A DNA stretch of 63,991 nt, the filler included, from Klebsormidium nitens (lineage: Eukaryota; Plantae; Klebsormidiophyceae): NCBI GenBank assembly GCA_000708835.1. It is 4 parts of 4 records of this genome, joined end to end, with 100 filler letters (N's around TTAATTAATTAA, not from the genome) between each part and the next. Parts side by side here need not be neighbours in the genome. Positions count along the whole stretch, not along the records: positions 1 to 28,921 come from DF237795.1; positions 29,022 to 54,572 come from DF237837.1; 2 more parts are not named here. The stretch is one strand, 5' to 3'. The first letter of the stretch is position 1; every line of letters begins with the position of its first letter. Below the pieces are notes generated by a model that was not told the origin of the DNA, searched no databases, and saw only the letters and a list, made by a program, of their open reading frames with translations. Shown in pieces: positions 13,373-31,811 of the stretch. Made by a program: the position numbers and the translations under genes.

Positions 13373-15896
13373 CTACATAATGATCTGTGGTGAAAGGATG
13401 CTGGCCTTAATCTCTTTGTGTGGCAAGACAACACCACCATTGCTGTAGACTTCGTCGGACATATGCACATCCTCCCCCAAGACTGTCATGTTCTCTACGC
13501 GAGCCCACTGACCGACAGTTGAGTGCCAGCCAATGATGCTCCCCGTGATGCAGGCATGCTTCTTCACACGCACTCCTCGCAGGATGGTGCAGCGAGATAG
13601 CCGCACTCCAGGCTCAATGTGACAGCCTGGTCCAATGGACACGTCAGGCCCAATGAGGCAGCCCTCTCCAATCTCTGCTGTCGAGTCAATCAGGACATTT
13701 CCAGTGACGTGCGCTCCGTTGGCCAGCCGTTCAGGGAATCTCTTGCGCAGGGATTCCAGATAAAGCTGCAGACCAGTGATGTAGTCCTTGGGCTGGCCGA
13801 CGTCCATCCAGAATCCGGGAAGTTCCATGCAGAAGAGTTTGCCGTCAGCAGCCACCTTGGGGAAGACCTCCTTCTCGATCTGTACAAAACATGCGCCTCA
13901 ATTTTGAGCACACGTCACAAAAAGATTGGTCATATGTCAATCATGTTCTGAAGCTCGACATCTCGTTTGGTTTCAAAGTTGGATTCATCACTCTGATTGT
14001 TGCATCAAAGAAGTTTGAAGTGCGCCCTGACATAAGCAACCCAGACGATGACACAGCGGATGCAGAAGATTAAATGAGACAAACCTTACAAAAAGAAATC
14101 CATCAACTACCACCAGCCTCTAAACCTCAATGTCAAGTCCTCAATAAGAGCAGCGGCAAGCACTTACACTTGTGGGGCGTAGCTCAATGCGATCAAGGAT
14201 CGCCGGTTGGCAGATGTAAATACCAGCGTTGATCTTGTTCCCCACGAAGATCTGGGGTTTCTCAACAAAGCGATCGACGTTGCCAGTCTGCTCGTTGTAG
14301 ACGACCACTCCATACTTGGAGGGTTCTTCCACCTGCCAGGAGGGCAACCGAGTGCTCGAAGCATTGCAACAGCGCAATTAACAGGAAGGCACTAACTGAT
14401 CAGTTGCTCAAAAGTAGCTCGAAATCGATATCACAAAAAGCAGGAAAGGCAGACTACAAACGGTGCACATCGGCTGCTATTGGCTGAGGGTCAGAATTTG
14501 GTTAAGGGACTGAATTTGCGGTCAAGGAGCAGCTCTATCAAAAGATACCTGATGACGAAGAACTAACTTAGCAGATGCAGAAATCGAGACGGTACCTTGG
14601 TCACCATAATGGTTGCCTCTGCATTGTGTGCTTTGTGGAACTCCAGCATATCCTTCAGAGGATACTCGCTGATGACATCACTGTTGAGCACGAAAAAGGG
14701 GTCTCCCGACCCATCATCGAGAATCTCTCGAGCCAAGGCAAGAGGCCCTGCAGTTCCCATTGGTTCTGTCTCCTGAGAGCAGATGATCTTCACCCCCAGC
14801 TGCGCTTCAAATTCTCGCAAGAAGCCAAGCATAAGCTGCAAAACGGGTCAAGATCAGTCAGCTCCAGAGTGAATTTGCAGGGTGTCATCTTTCACGCTGC
14901 AGTCCACATTGTGCTCAGAAGGGGCACTCACCATGACAGGAAAATGCTTAAGGATCTGTCAAAATGTAGATCCAGAAGCATTCTTGAATCTCAAATGCAG
15001 TACCTATGAGAAGAGGGGGAAGCAAAACATGTGATCAACAAATCTAGATGCAGATTGAAGGAAAGGTTCATCAGGATGATGCTGAACAGCATTAAGCTCA
15101 CACTGACTGTGCCTTGACAATGTTTCCTGAGACTCACTTTGAAGTCTAACCTTGGGAGCAACGACCTCAACGTAGCCAGCTTGTGTAGTCAAAGTGCCTT
15201 AGGGTGCAAGTACATTATGATAGATCAGGATGACTTACCTGATCAGAGCCGGAGAGCTACTTACCTGGGAAGGTCACTTTTTCCAGAATGAATCAAAAGC
15301 AAATAATCATGGTCTTGTGGACTACTCACCTCCGGCTGCAAGAAAAAGCTGTTTTCTCAGCAAACAGCAATGAAAGAATTAAATAAACATATTTGGCACA
15401 CGTACTGTGCATTCACACAATCTGCAAGGATTGCTTTCACAGATGTGATGCAGAACGTTCCACGATTGAATCAAATGCTGTTCACAACCATATGACACAG
15501 GCAACATTGTGCGGCAACTTTTGGACTATGTGTTCAGATCTGAACTCACTTGATAGTTGATTGCCAGTACAACCTGCAGAACAAATGGATAAGGCTCTGT
15601 GTAAATATCAGTGGTTTTTGACATCTACAATGCACCAATGAAAGGACAACTATCGTCTCACATCAGCAACTATCCACAGTGCTGCCGGAAGGAGCAACAT
15701 TCATCGACATTGGTGCAGTAACAAGCAACAAATCATGTTCAGATTACCTCACCTCAGTCGTTCCTGCAGCTTTCAGTGCTTCAATCTGATGCAAGATCAT
15801 CGGCTTGTTGGCAAAGTCGACAAGCGGTTTTGGTACCGAGAGGGTAAGAGGCCTCAGGCGGGTGCCGAAGCCGCCAACAAGAATAAGCGCCTTCAT
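13373..15896 (-). CDS. VTC1: GDP-mannose pyrophosphorylase (mannose-1-phosphate guanylyltransferase)
   Basis: Exons 15896-15753, 15573-15550, 15335-15330 (6 nt), 14835-14596, 14332-14168 and 13879-13373 sum to 1086 nt, or 361 aa plus stop. Starts [42 protein letters not shown] and contains [34 protein letters not shown] and a C-terminal left-handed beta-helix. Confidence 0.96.
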
Positions 15897-18384
15897 AGCT
15901 GCAGTTTAAAGGACGAAGCACTTGAAGGGAAGCGGCACTTCACGCCTTGAGTGGAGTTTCTGTTGGCCGTAAGAATGCAAAAACGTAAGCTTCTCTTCAA
16001 TGGCCAATGAGGTACTTGGACATGAAGCAGTACCTATCCAGGTTCTACAACTTGCGAGTTGAATGCCACCGGCCACTTGCGTATACTAGGGCCCAGCCTC
16101 CAGGCCAGGCCAGGGCACCGTCAGCCTGTCCTGCAGGACCCTGGTCCGTGGTACCTACCGGCTACCGCGGTGTAGGTACCTACCTACGCTTCAATGGTTC
16201 AACCACGATCCAAGCCGCATTTACCGCGCGGCAGATCCCGGTCACCGTACGGTCCGGTCTGGGCTACTCTGTGACTAGGAAGGAGGACTTGTACCTAGCT
16301 GCTTCCGAAATCAGAATCCGGCCTACGGGTTCAGGCCGGCTCGGTCCGTGGTACGTACCGCTCTATGATTGGACCGTGGAAGCGGTTGACTTGACTCCGG
16401 TCCATAACAATCGGGCTTGCTCAAGTTCGGACTAGCTCCGGTGATGACTTCTCGTCGGCGCACAAGCTAAGATTGACGTGATTTAAACCTAGTATGTATC
16501 GGACAGCTCGAGTACGAAAAGAGACCATCGATGATCGGACAGCTCGAGTTCTTTTGTTTCTTCTCAAAAGAATCCGTTGTCTGTTTTGCTACTACTCATC
16601 TGCCTCTTCACACTTTCTCGACTCTTCGTTCTCCAGTTCTCCCGACGAAGTTGTAAGTCTCGAATCCTCACGGGGAGGTCACGGGGCCTGCAGATCCGAA
16701 GAAAGAAAGAGACGAATGGGAAAATTGGAGACTGGGCGAAGGCTTGATTGTATATGCCAATGAGTAGGTAGAATGGTGCTGCACAATATACGGTGAATAT
16801 ACTCCTGTACTCCTCTTGCCATGATGTTCTATGAATGCGTTGCCACCGAGCAAAGCGTACGTTGGATAAACACGGGTATCCTGACTGACATGTCCAAAAG
16901 GACTTGACGCAAAACTGTTGTATACGCGCTAGGATGTGAACAAGGCAACTCAAACAAATGTTCCGGTGACCGCACACAGCCGGCATGTAATTCTGTAAAG
17001 AGATAAAATATAGGACTGGCCGGACTTAGAAGACTCAGTTGCAACTGAAGCATGCTGAGTTATAGAGCAGATACAACCGCATCTTCGGAACTTGCTGCAT
17101 GATGATTAGCCTAAGACAGTTTACTATGACACGTGGCAATCCGACTTACACCGTTGCAGGGTGACAAGTCACGGTTGTGGCATATTGTACTATTGTATTT
17201 GATCAGTTTTGCTTGTAGCATCAAATTGCCGATTACCAGATCACACAATTAGTTGGTACACCATGACCAAGTTTTAGGAAACACTAAAAACGCGAGAGAT
17301 TGCATTCCAAAGCTGAAAAGCTTTAACGTACTTCGATGGAATTGTTTGATCGGATCTATACGTACGGCCTTATATGAAAATTAAGTATACATTGAAGCGG
17401 CCAGGGCTTTATTATATATCTTCAATTAGAGCTTCAGTTGATCAAACGTAACGATCAGTGCACTCAAAAGTGGACCTCATTGAAGGCACAATCAAACACC
17501 ACTCGAAAGATCTGCCGTTTTGCCAAATTGATATGATCGATATATCATATAAGCGATATTATTAACATCATTCCCGGAGTCCATCAGGTAGTTGAAGAGC
17601 TTGTGCGGACCTGATCGATCGGATCATGCATTAGGAGTTAGGAAAACACTCTTTGGTGTCCCGATCATCCACATTTGAAATCCTGAGCTTGCAAGTGTCA
17701 TGCATGGAGTGCAAAAACGTGTACCTCACTCGTGAGCTTGCAAATGCTTTGACTGTCCCAGGTCTGCACCAGAACAACACGTTGCGCCTATGTAGTGACC
17801 AAGGCAAAGCTACATGATTGACGTCACAGGCTTGCTACAGTCAAGGTCCACTTCGATCACGAGCGAGCTCAGGCTTCACCCAGAGTGTGCAGCACACCCC
17901 GTTTCGGAGCCTAAGTCACTACCGTAGCTAGCTAAATACGGTGATCACATCAATCGCTACAAGGTGGCACGGAGCACTCCATACACCAAAAAGCGGCACA
18001 TCATGTTATAGTTGGGTAAGAGGTGGCTTTGCAACTCGGATTGGGAACAGTGCCCCCAGTATCCGGCCAACTTTCGTTGAAAGATCGCAGTTCACTCGCA
18101 GCCAAAGCATCAACCAAGATTCCTCCTCAAGTATCTCGAATATACACTGGACTATGGCACGCCTAGTAGCACAAGGACTTTCAGCTTGTCAAGCTTCACT
18201 TACAGACGGTCTGCTGTAATGACCGCCGCTGCTTACTCCCTGTCCTCGTTCCTTAAAAACCCCTTGCTTCAATGAATGTAAGTTCGCGCTTGTGTTTGGC
18301 ATGTGGCCACGATTATTCTGGGGCTTAAGGAGTCATTTATGCTTAGCGGTTCAGTAAGTAGCACAGGCCGTAGAGTTCTAATAC

Positions 18385-25321
<6,937 letters not shown>

Positions 25322-25984
25322 CGTAGCCCGGGTCAGGCAGGAGCAGCCGCACAAGCAGCACGCAGCATCGGGGTCAGCCAGACAGCCACCGGCAACCTGG
25401 AGAGCTTATCCCCGACCACAACATCTTGACTCCTCCTGCGCACAACTACGCACTGTCCAGATCACCTTCTTCCGGTGTGTGGCGTTCTAGCCTGGCAGAC
25501 CCGCCATATCAAACAGGCCAGCCTTCCTACAACATCTGAACCACCTATCAAAGTTCTCATACAAGTGGCAGCCTTACCTCATAACAGTTCCTGCAAGATG
25601 ATGACTTTGTTAACCGCCGCTTGCCGCCAAGCTGCAATCTAGAACGCGAGTCAGCTTCTCGTCCTCGCGTGTCCAAAATGTAGGCTGTGTAGCCCTGGCC
25701 CTGGGTATGTACAGCAGAGTCGGACAAGACCGTCTATCTTCCCTCAAAATTTTCCTTTGAAGGTAGTCATTTTGAACCTTCTGGGCTGACAAGCTGGACT
25801 CTGGAGTCTGGACTGTCTGGTGCAGTGCCAGCCTGCACTACCGTACCTACCGGTATACCTATCCGTACCGAGTCGCCGGCGGAAATGGTTAAGGTTGCGC
25901 GTCGACCGGAAACCTACTTGGCCTCAATGCGGTACACCTCGCCAAGCGCAAACCAACCGGCCACCCGGGCACAGCGCAGTACGT

Positions 25985-26265
25985 CCGGGTACCGCGGTCT
26001 GCGACCGCAAACCGCAACGCGATACAAGAACTGCGGTCTGCGACCGCAAACGCAGTCAATCTGGGGGGTTCTAAACCGTGGTTTCCAGATTTCGGTCGTT
26101 GGGACCGCGAACCGGGCGGGCAACCCACACATGATGAACCGCAAACCGCACATCGCGACCGCCCAGTCCAAGTCCGCAGCCTTGCGGTCTTAATATTCGG
26201 GGCGCCAGTCCCCGTCGGTTACCACCCGGGTAACCGGCAGGTTAAACAGGCGGACCGCAGACCCG
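25985..26265. repeat. Array of short near-palindromic GCGGTCTGCGACCGC / AACCGCA motifs (transposon subterminal-repeat-like)
   Basis: GCGGTCTGCGACCGCAAA occurs twice, with many partial GACCGC/AACCGC copies. Confidence 0.6.
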
Positions 26266-26833
26266 CTCCGATGGCCGAAACGCTGTCACAGCGGTCCGAT
26301 CTTCAGCTAATGAAGCCAGTCTAAGAGTGCAATTTGGGCTTTAGCTGTTGGCACCTAGGACCTGCCACGTGATCAAGACCTCTGGTATGGAAGTTGACGG
26401 AGCGATCTGCACCGTCCAATTCGTTAACGTCAACAAGATGGACGCTGGTGACAGCAAACAGGCTTGTCCCCCAGCTATTTAAGGAAATTGTATCTGCGGT
26501 CTACTCCCCTTTTTGGCATGCCATTTTCTTTGCTGTTCTGTGTGCGCCCGGGTGTGCGCGAGCGTACGCGTTATTGAAAATGGCGAAGCCATCAATATGG
26601 TGTCGTCCAAAGCCGCTGTACGACGTCGGGAAGCACTGGGCGACCGTGTACCTTGTACCATCGGGTTCAGAGCCGCCGTATCACCCTTTAATAGAAGCAC
26701 CAGGCCATGAGTCCGGCGAGACTGAACCAGCTGGTACGGTACAGGGTGTAAATGTCAGTACCTGGTACCACGGGGACCACTCTATGAACTTTGAGTGCAG
26801 CAGTAGACTGCCGACACTTGCATAAAATTCTCG

Positions 26834-27156
26834 NNNNNNNNNNNNNNNNNNNNNNNNNNNNNNNNNNNNNNNNNNNNNNNNNNNNNNNNNNNNNNNNNNN
26901 NNNNNNNNNNNNNNNNNNNNNNNNNNNNNNNNNNNNNNNNNNNNNNNNNNNNNNNNNNNNNNNNNNNNNNNNNNNNNNNNNNNNNNNNNNNNNNNNNNNN
27001 NNNNNNNNNNNNNNNNNNNNNNNNNNNNNNNNNNNNNNNNNNNNNNNNNNNNNNNNNNNNNNNNNNNNNNNNNNNNNNNNNNNNNNNNNNNNNNNNNNNN
27101 NNNNNNNNNNNNNNNNNNNNNNNNNNNNNNNNNNNNNNNNNNNNNNNNNNNNNNNN
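26834..27156. other. Sized assembly gap (N run)
   Basis: Uninterrupted N run. Confidence 0.95.
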
Positions 27157-27912
27157 TCAGAATACCTACCCCGCTGCCACTTCAAAGTGACGGTACCCTA
27201 AGGTGGCCTGGTGCCGATCCTCGGCGCCAGAAAGATTTCTTCGACCACGGAATTCCAGGAGGTTCATCCAGGCCATCGAAAACTTGGTGTACGGCTTTGC
27301 TGATCTTGACCGTAAGATGTGACCCCTGATGATTCGGCGTCAGGAGCTGGCACTAAAAATGAATACAGCGGTTTTCGGACTCTCTTGTCGTATTCTGCAT
27401 TCAAAGCAGGTCGGCCGCCGGTCGCAGGCCGTGCGATCGCAGTCTGCACGTGTGCCTAAGAGTCGCAGACCGTCGGATGGATATTCGGCCTCTTCCAGGG
27501 GGGGCGGCTGTCTCTATTGATTGCTTTGGTCAAAATTGTGTCAAGACTCAAAACCCATCCACCTATACTACCGGTAACTGCTTACCACGTATACTACAGA
27601 AGGTAGTAATATATACCAACTGCTTACCAATATTATCCGATGGCGGCCATATGTACTCGTCTCTTGGATACTTTTGAGGAAGCCAAAAATAGATCAGTAA
27701 ATGCCCGTACACGGTAGTGTGGCTTTGAACGGTTGAACCTACTAAGTCAAACCGTGGTCCGTGAGCTCGGAATTCCCACGGTTTATGACGACAAATGACA
27801 TCCGATGTTAGCTTCAAAGTCAATTCTTCAAATAATAACCAACTTCTATTCTATATGATGCTTCATATGGCATGCCGAGTGCAGCACGCGTGCTGCCAAT
27901 CTAGTTAAGCTC

Positions 27913-28347
27913 CGAGATTCGTCGGCGAAGTTGGAACTTAGAACTTACGGTCGGCGAAAATTGTTGAGAGTACATTCGCCGGCCGTCAGATCTCACTGAC
28001 GGACCATAGCGTCATTCCGTCGGCAGTACGCGCGCGAGCATAGAAGTTGGACTGATTCATATCATGTACATGAAAGTACGCGAGCAGTCCCGATGTGCGG
28101 TGCGCTCCGTGTGGAACAATCGAGCGGTCCAGACGCCATCATCTTGGAAAACGCCAGGCGTGAAGCCTGGTAACAAGAATAGAATACATCCCCTTTTAGT
28201 CGATATTGCCGCTGAATATTCAGCTACCTTATACACCGGTACTTTGGTCGCGGAGGGCATTGGCCGCCAGGCCAATGTCCCACGCCTCTCACAAAGGTCA
28301 TCGGCTTATGGCATCCTGGGCGTTCCAATTTCCGCCACCCTTAATTC
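27913..28347. repeat. Dispersed composite repeat, copy 1 (modules X', Y', Z)
   Basis: 27913-27972 is the reverse complement of 42479-42538 (58/60 identical). About 27987-28110 is the reverse complement of about 42549-42673. 28134-28347 is a direct match to 42689-42914. Confidence 0.9.
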
Positions 28348-28371
28348 TCAGATCTGCAGTTCGCGTGCTAA

Positions 28372-28401
28372 GGTACGGTACGGTACGGTACGGTACGGTA
28401 C
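28372..28401. repeat. (GGTAC)6 microsatellite
   Basis: Read directly from the sequence. Confidence 0.95.
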
Positions 28402-28921
28402 TTTTCAGTCCATTATATGATTTTCTGGTATGTACCTTGGGTGACCACGTGGATTCAACAAGCTATCCTATTGGCTAAGAAATCTGGAAATTTTCGGTCG
28501 ACGCGCACCCTATTACGACGATGTACCGGTGCTGATTCCTGAAGCCAAAGGCACCCCACCGGCTGGGTCGTCGAGCTAGGGCTGTCCAGGGAAAATGTGT
28601 ACCCGGCTCGTTGTCCCGGGACGATTAGCCGGTAGATCGCCGTCGGCAGTGGGCACAGAACGAAGTGAAAGGGCTGGCATGACCACCTGGGCTGACGACG
28701 AGAGTTTCCTGTGCCAGGCAGGTCCTTATCGCGACCGGCCTGCCCGGGGACTGTCGGAGGGTGCCTTGAGTGACTTTTAACCGGCCTTGAGAGGATACTG
28801 TCAACTGAACTGTTGTAATTCTTGTAACACTTCTAGAGAATAGAAGATAATTTGTGTGATTGACTGTGTCTTGATCTCAAACTACAGGTTTTGCACACAT
28901 GTAGTAGTTATACCATGAGAG

Positions 28922-29021
28922 NNNNNNNNNNNNNNNNNNNNNNNNNNNNNNNNNNNNNNNNNNNNTTAATTAATTAANNNNNNNNNNNNNNNNNNNNNNN
29001 NNNNNNNNNNNNNNNNNNNNN
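28922..29021. other. Assembly gap with TTAATTAATTAA linker
   Basis: 44 N, then TTAATTAATTAA (28966-28977), then 44 N. Confidence 0.97.
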
Positions 29022-31811
29022 TGCAAAGAGGAGAGGAGAGTGCTGATACCCAGCCCCGTGATGAATGTATTGCAAAGGAACCTCGCAGACGCGGAGATTG
29101 CTTGCGCCTGAGGTGGTAATTGAATGACGAGGACTCGTCGACACAACAGGTGCCGAGACTCTCTAACCCGTGCTTAGCAGGACCACAGGAGACAGGAAGC
29201 ACAGACCTTCTCGTGTTTGATCGATGCTCAAGCACTCCATGCACCAGATACATTTCGAAGCTTCACCCGCGCGCTACTCGCTCGAACGGCGATTTCTTGT
29301 TCGAACGGCAAATTAACCGTGACTTCTAACCCGCTTGCAATGGTCAAGCGGCCGGTTCGGTGGTGACCTATGGGCGACCTAGGTGCGGCGCGGCAGCGAG
29401 TCTCGCCGAAAATGAGGGACACGTGCCGCTTTTTGGTTGATCCATTTTATGCTGTTCAACAGATGGTTTAGTTGTGGTTCTGTACAAGCTGTACCTCCTA
29501 CCTATAAGTCGACGGACAACCGGCCTGGAGTGACCCCGCCCGGAGGCCGCCCGGTGAGGCCCGGGGGCCGCAGATACCGTATACCGTACTGCTTTTTAAT
29601 ATCGGCACCTTCGACGCAAAATAGTTAATTATGAAACGTTTGAAACTTTCGGCAGACCCAGCGTTACCTGCAAAAACGAACCGTTATCGACCATTATCGC
29701 CCCTGGATAATTATTTAGAATTTTCAGCAGGCCAAATACTTATTTACTTTTCGCCGAAATTAAGTAGATCGGGACCCGGACGGGTCCGTGGGGCATGCCA
29801 TTGGGGAAGTTGCAGGAGTTTTCAATATCACTGAATCTGACGGCACGAACAATGCGTCAAAGAATCATCGACGGCCTGCGACACTCATGCCAAGGTTCGC
29901 CGACTGTCTCAGTGCGTAGATAATACCGATCGGACGGTCGAAATAATTAGATAATCGATGATTTTGAAAGAAAATAAGGAAAAGGTGGGTCAAAATTGGG
30001 CACCTCTGCGTATGCGGTGCAAACGTGCAACCTTCCCAACTAGACAGTACACCAGCGAGAACCCTTATAAGAGCGCGACGTCGTACAGCATTACTTTTCA
30101 AGTCATCCCTATACGGCTTTCGCCATTTTCAACTAGATAATTCGCATTCCGCGAAACGGAACGCCGGAACATCACAATATCGCCATCGGAACGGAAAGAA
30201 GAAGGCTGAAAATGGCATGCCAAAAAGCTGTACGGTATTATATAGGTAGGTACTGTAGACCTAGCCTTCAGGGCCATACCGTACGGTAGATCATAGATGA
30301 CGAGGCCCTGGGGCCTGCATGGGACATGGCCTAGGACCTGGGCCCATGGGCGGCGGGCCGCGTGGGGAGTGGCTGGGTACACACAAGTTTCTTGATCGAT
30401 GTAACATATTGGATTTACCCGGATTTGACAAAGTATTCTCCTCTGACAGCCGTCAGATTATCTCCGCACATGCAACTTGCGGCGCTGAGTGGACCTCTCA
30501 TAGCAGATCTACCCGGTACCTAGTACGTTGCAGCTGTGAACAGCTTGATGGTCACTGAGCCATGGCCCATGGGGCAGTCACTACCTCCGGTGAGAGCAGT
30601 GAGACTCGAGATGTGCTTCTGTTCTAACGCAACTCGTCAAATGATGTTAGAAGCTGGCCGCTGAGCTTGTACGAAAAATAGACCATATATTGTTGTTCAA
30701 CCGTTGAGCCCCAGAACTTGAAGCCTAGTCCCCGAGCCGGTGTGAACATGTCTAATAACTTGGTGACTAAATTGAATCTATAGCTATGTTGAACATGCTG
30801 AATTTTATATCTAATTTTTATATATTTACCGCGATACTGATACCGCATACTGATCATCATGCCCCGATCATGGCAGCTCATATATGTGCATGAGTTGGCA
30901 TATATCGACCGTCAAGTCATGTACTACAAGAGAGAGCGCCGGGCCAGGACTTGATGTTTGGATTGCGCGCGCAACATCGTTGACTAAATAACTTATCCCA
31001 ATCGAGAAGTTACCTGCGACATATACTGCGAGCTAGAGTTTAGTAATGAGTGCGGACGGCCTAATTGGTGGCACCGTCTAGATTGTTTAATAAAGAACAT
31101 GCATCAATGATATTGGTTGCATGCATGTCTACTACGGTGGTAATCGAGTAGGTAATCATTTGGGCTATCGTTCGCCTGCCATAATGGTGTGTACATGCTT
31201 CCGACTGAGCTCATACGACGTTCATCAACATTGCGACAGTCCAGGTGAACATATGCTTCAAAGCTAAGCCGTTGGTCAACGTAAAGTTTGAAAATTCCAA
31301 GTTCGACTTCACTGAAAAGTGGCGCGTGTTATATATTAGTCGGTTTTGGCTACAAAACGGAAGCAAGCGCCGGCCTCCGGTCAGCGGTCTGAGGTGCTCT
31401 TTTTGGCCACCTTTTGTTGCTTCCTCGACTTATTGTCTTGACCAAGTACAGGGCTTAGAGCTATATCCGCTGTTAGATCTTAGCAATGTCCTACAATGAC
31501 TTCCTCGGCTCATCCAACATTCTTAGACAATGCTTCTCGGCATGTCAAAAAGCAATCGTGTAAAGGGCTATTTCCCTACCCCTGCTGGTCCAGATTGCAG
31601 CACCGGCCAAAAGGGAGTCCACCAGAGCACAGCACAATTGCTTGCTCGCCCGTGTCCACATACGCATGTCAGGTCTGACCGTTCCTTAGCCCCTTCATCT
31701 GGCCTTTCTGGGCACATGCCCACCTACCCTCTTCGCAAGCCTCTTCAGCACTTAGCTTATGGCCCCGCCCCCTCCGACATTGTCCATTTCAAAGGTCCCT
31801 ACCGGGGCTCC

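Noticed and set aside
15125-15200. Intronic segment in VTC1 loosely resembling exons 1-2 (AGYVEVVAP..caa|gtgagt)
   Set aside because: Similarity is weak, there is an in-frame stop in the matching frame, and no clear acceptor. Probably chance.
28450-29430. Possible LTR start at about 28800 (gagagga..TGTCA) and a possible gene start running into the gap from about 29420
   Set aside because: Truncated by the linker gap, with no second LTR or protein motif to confirm.
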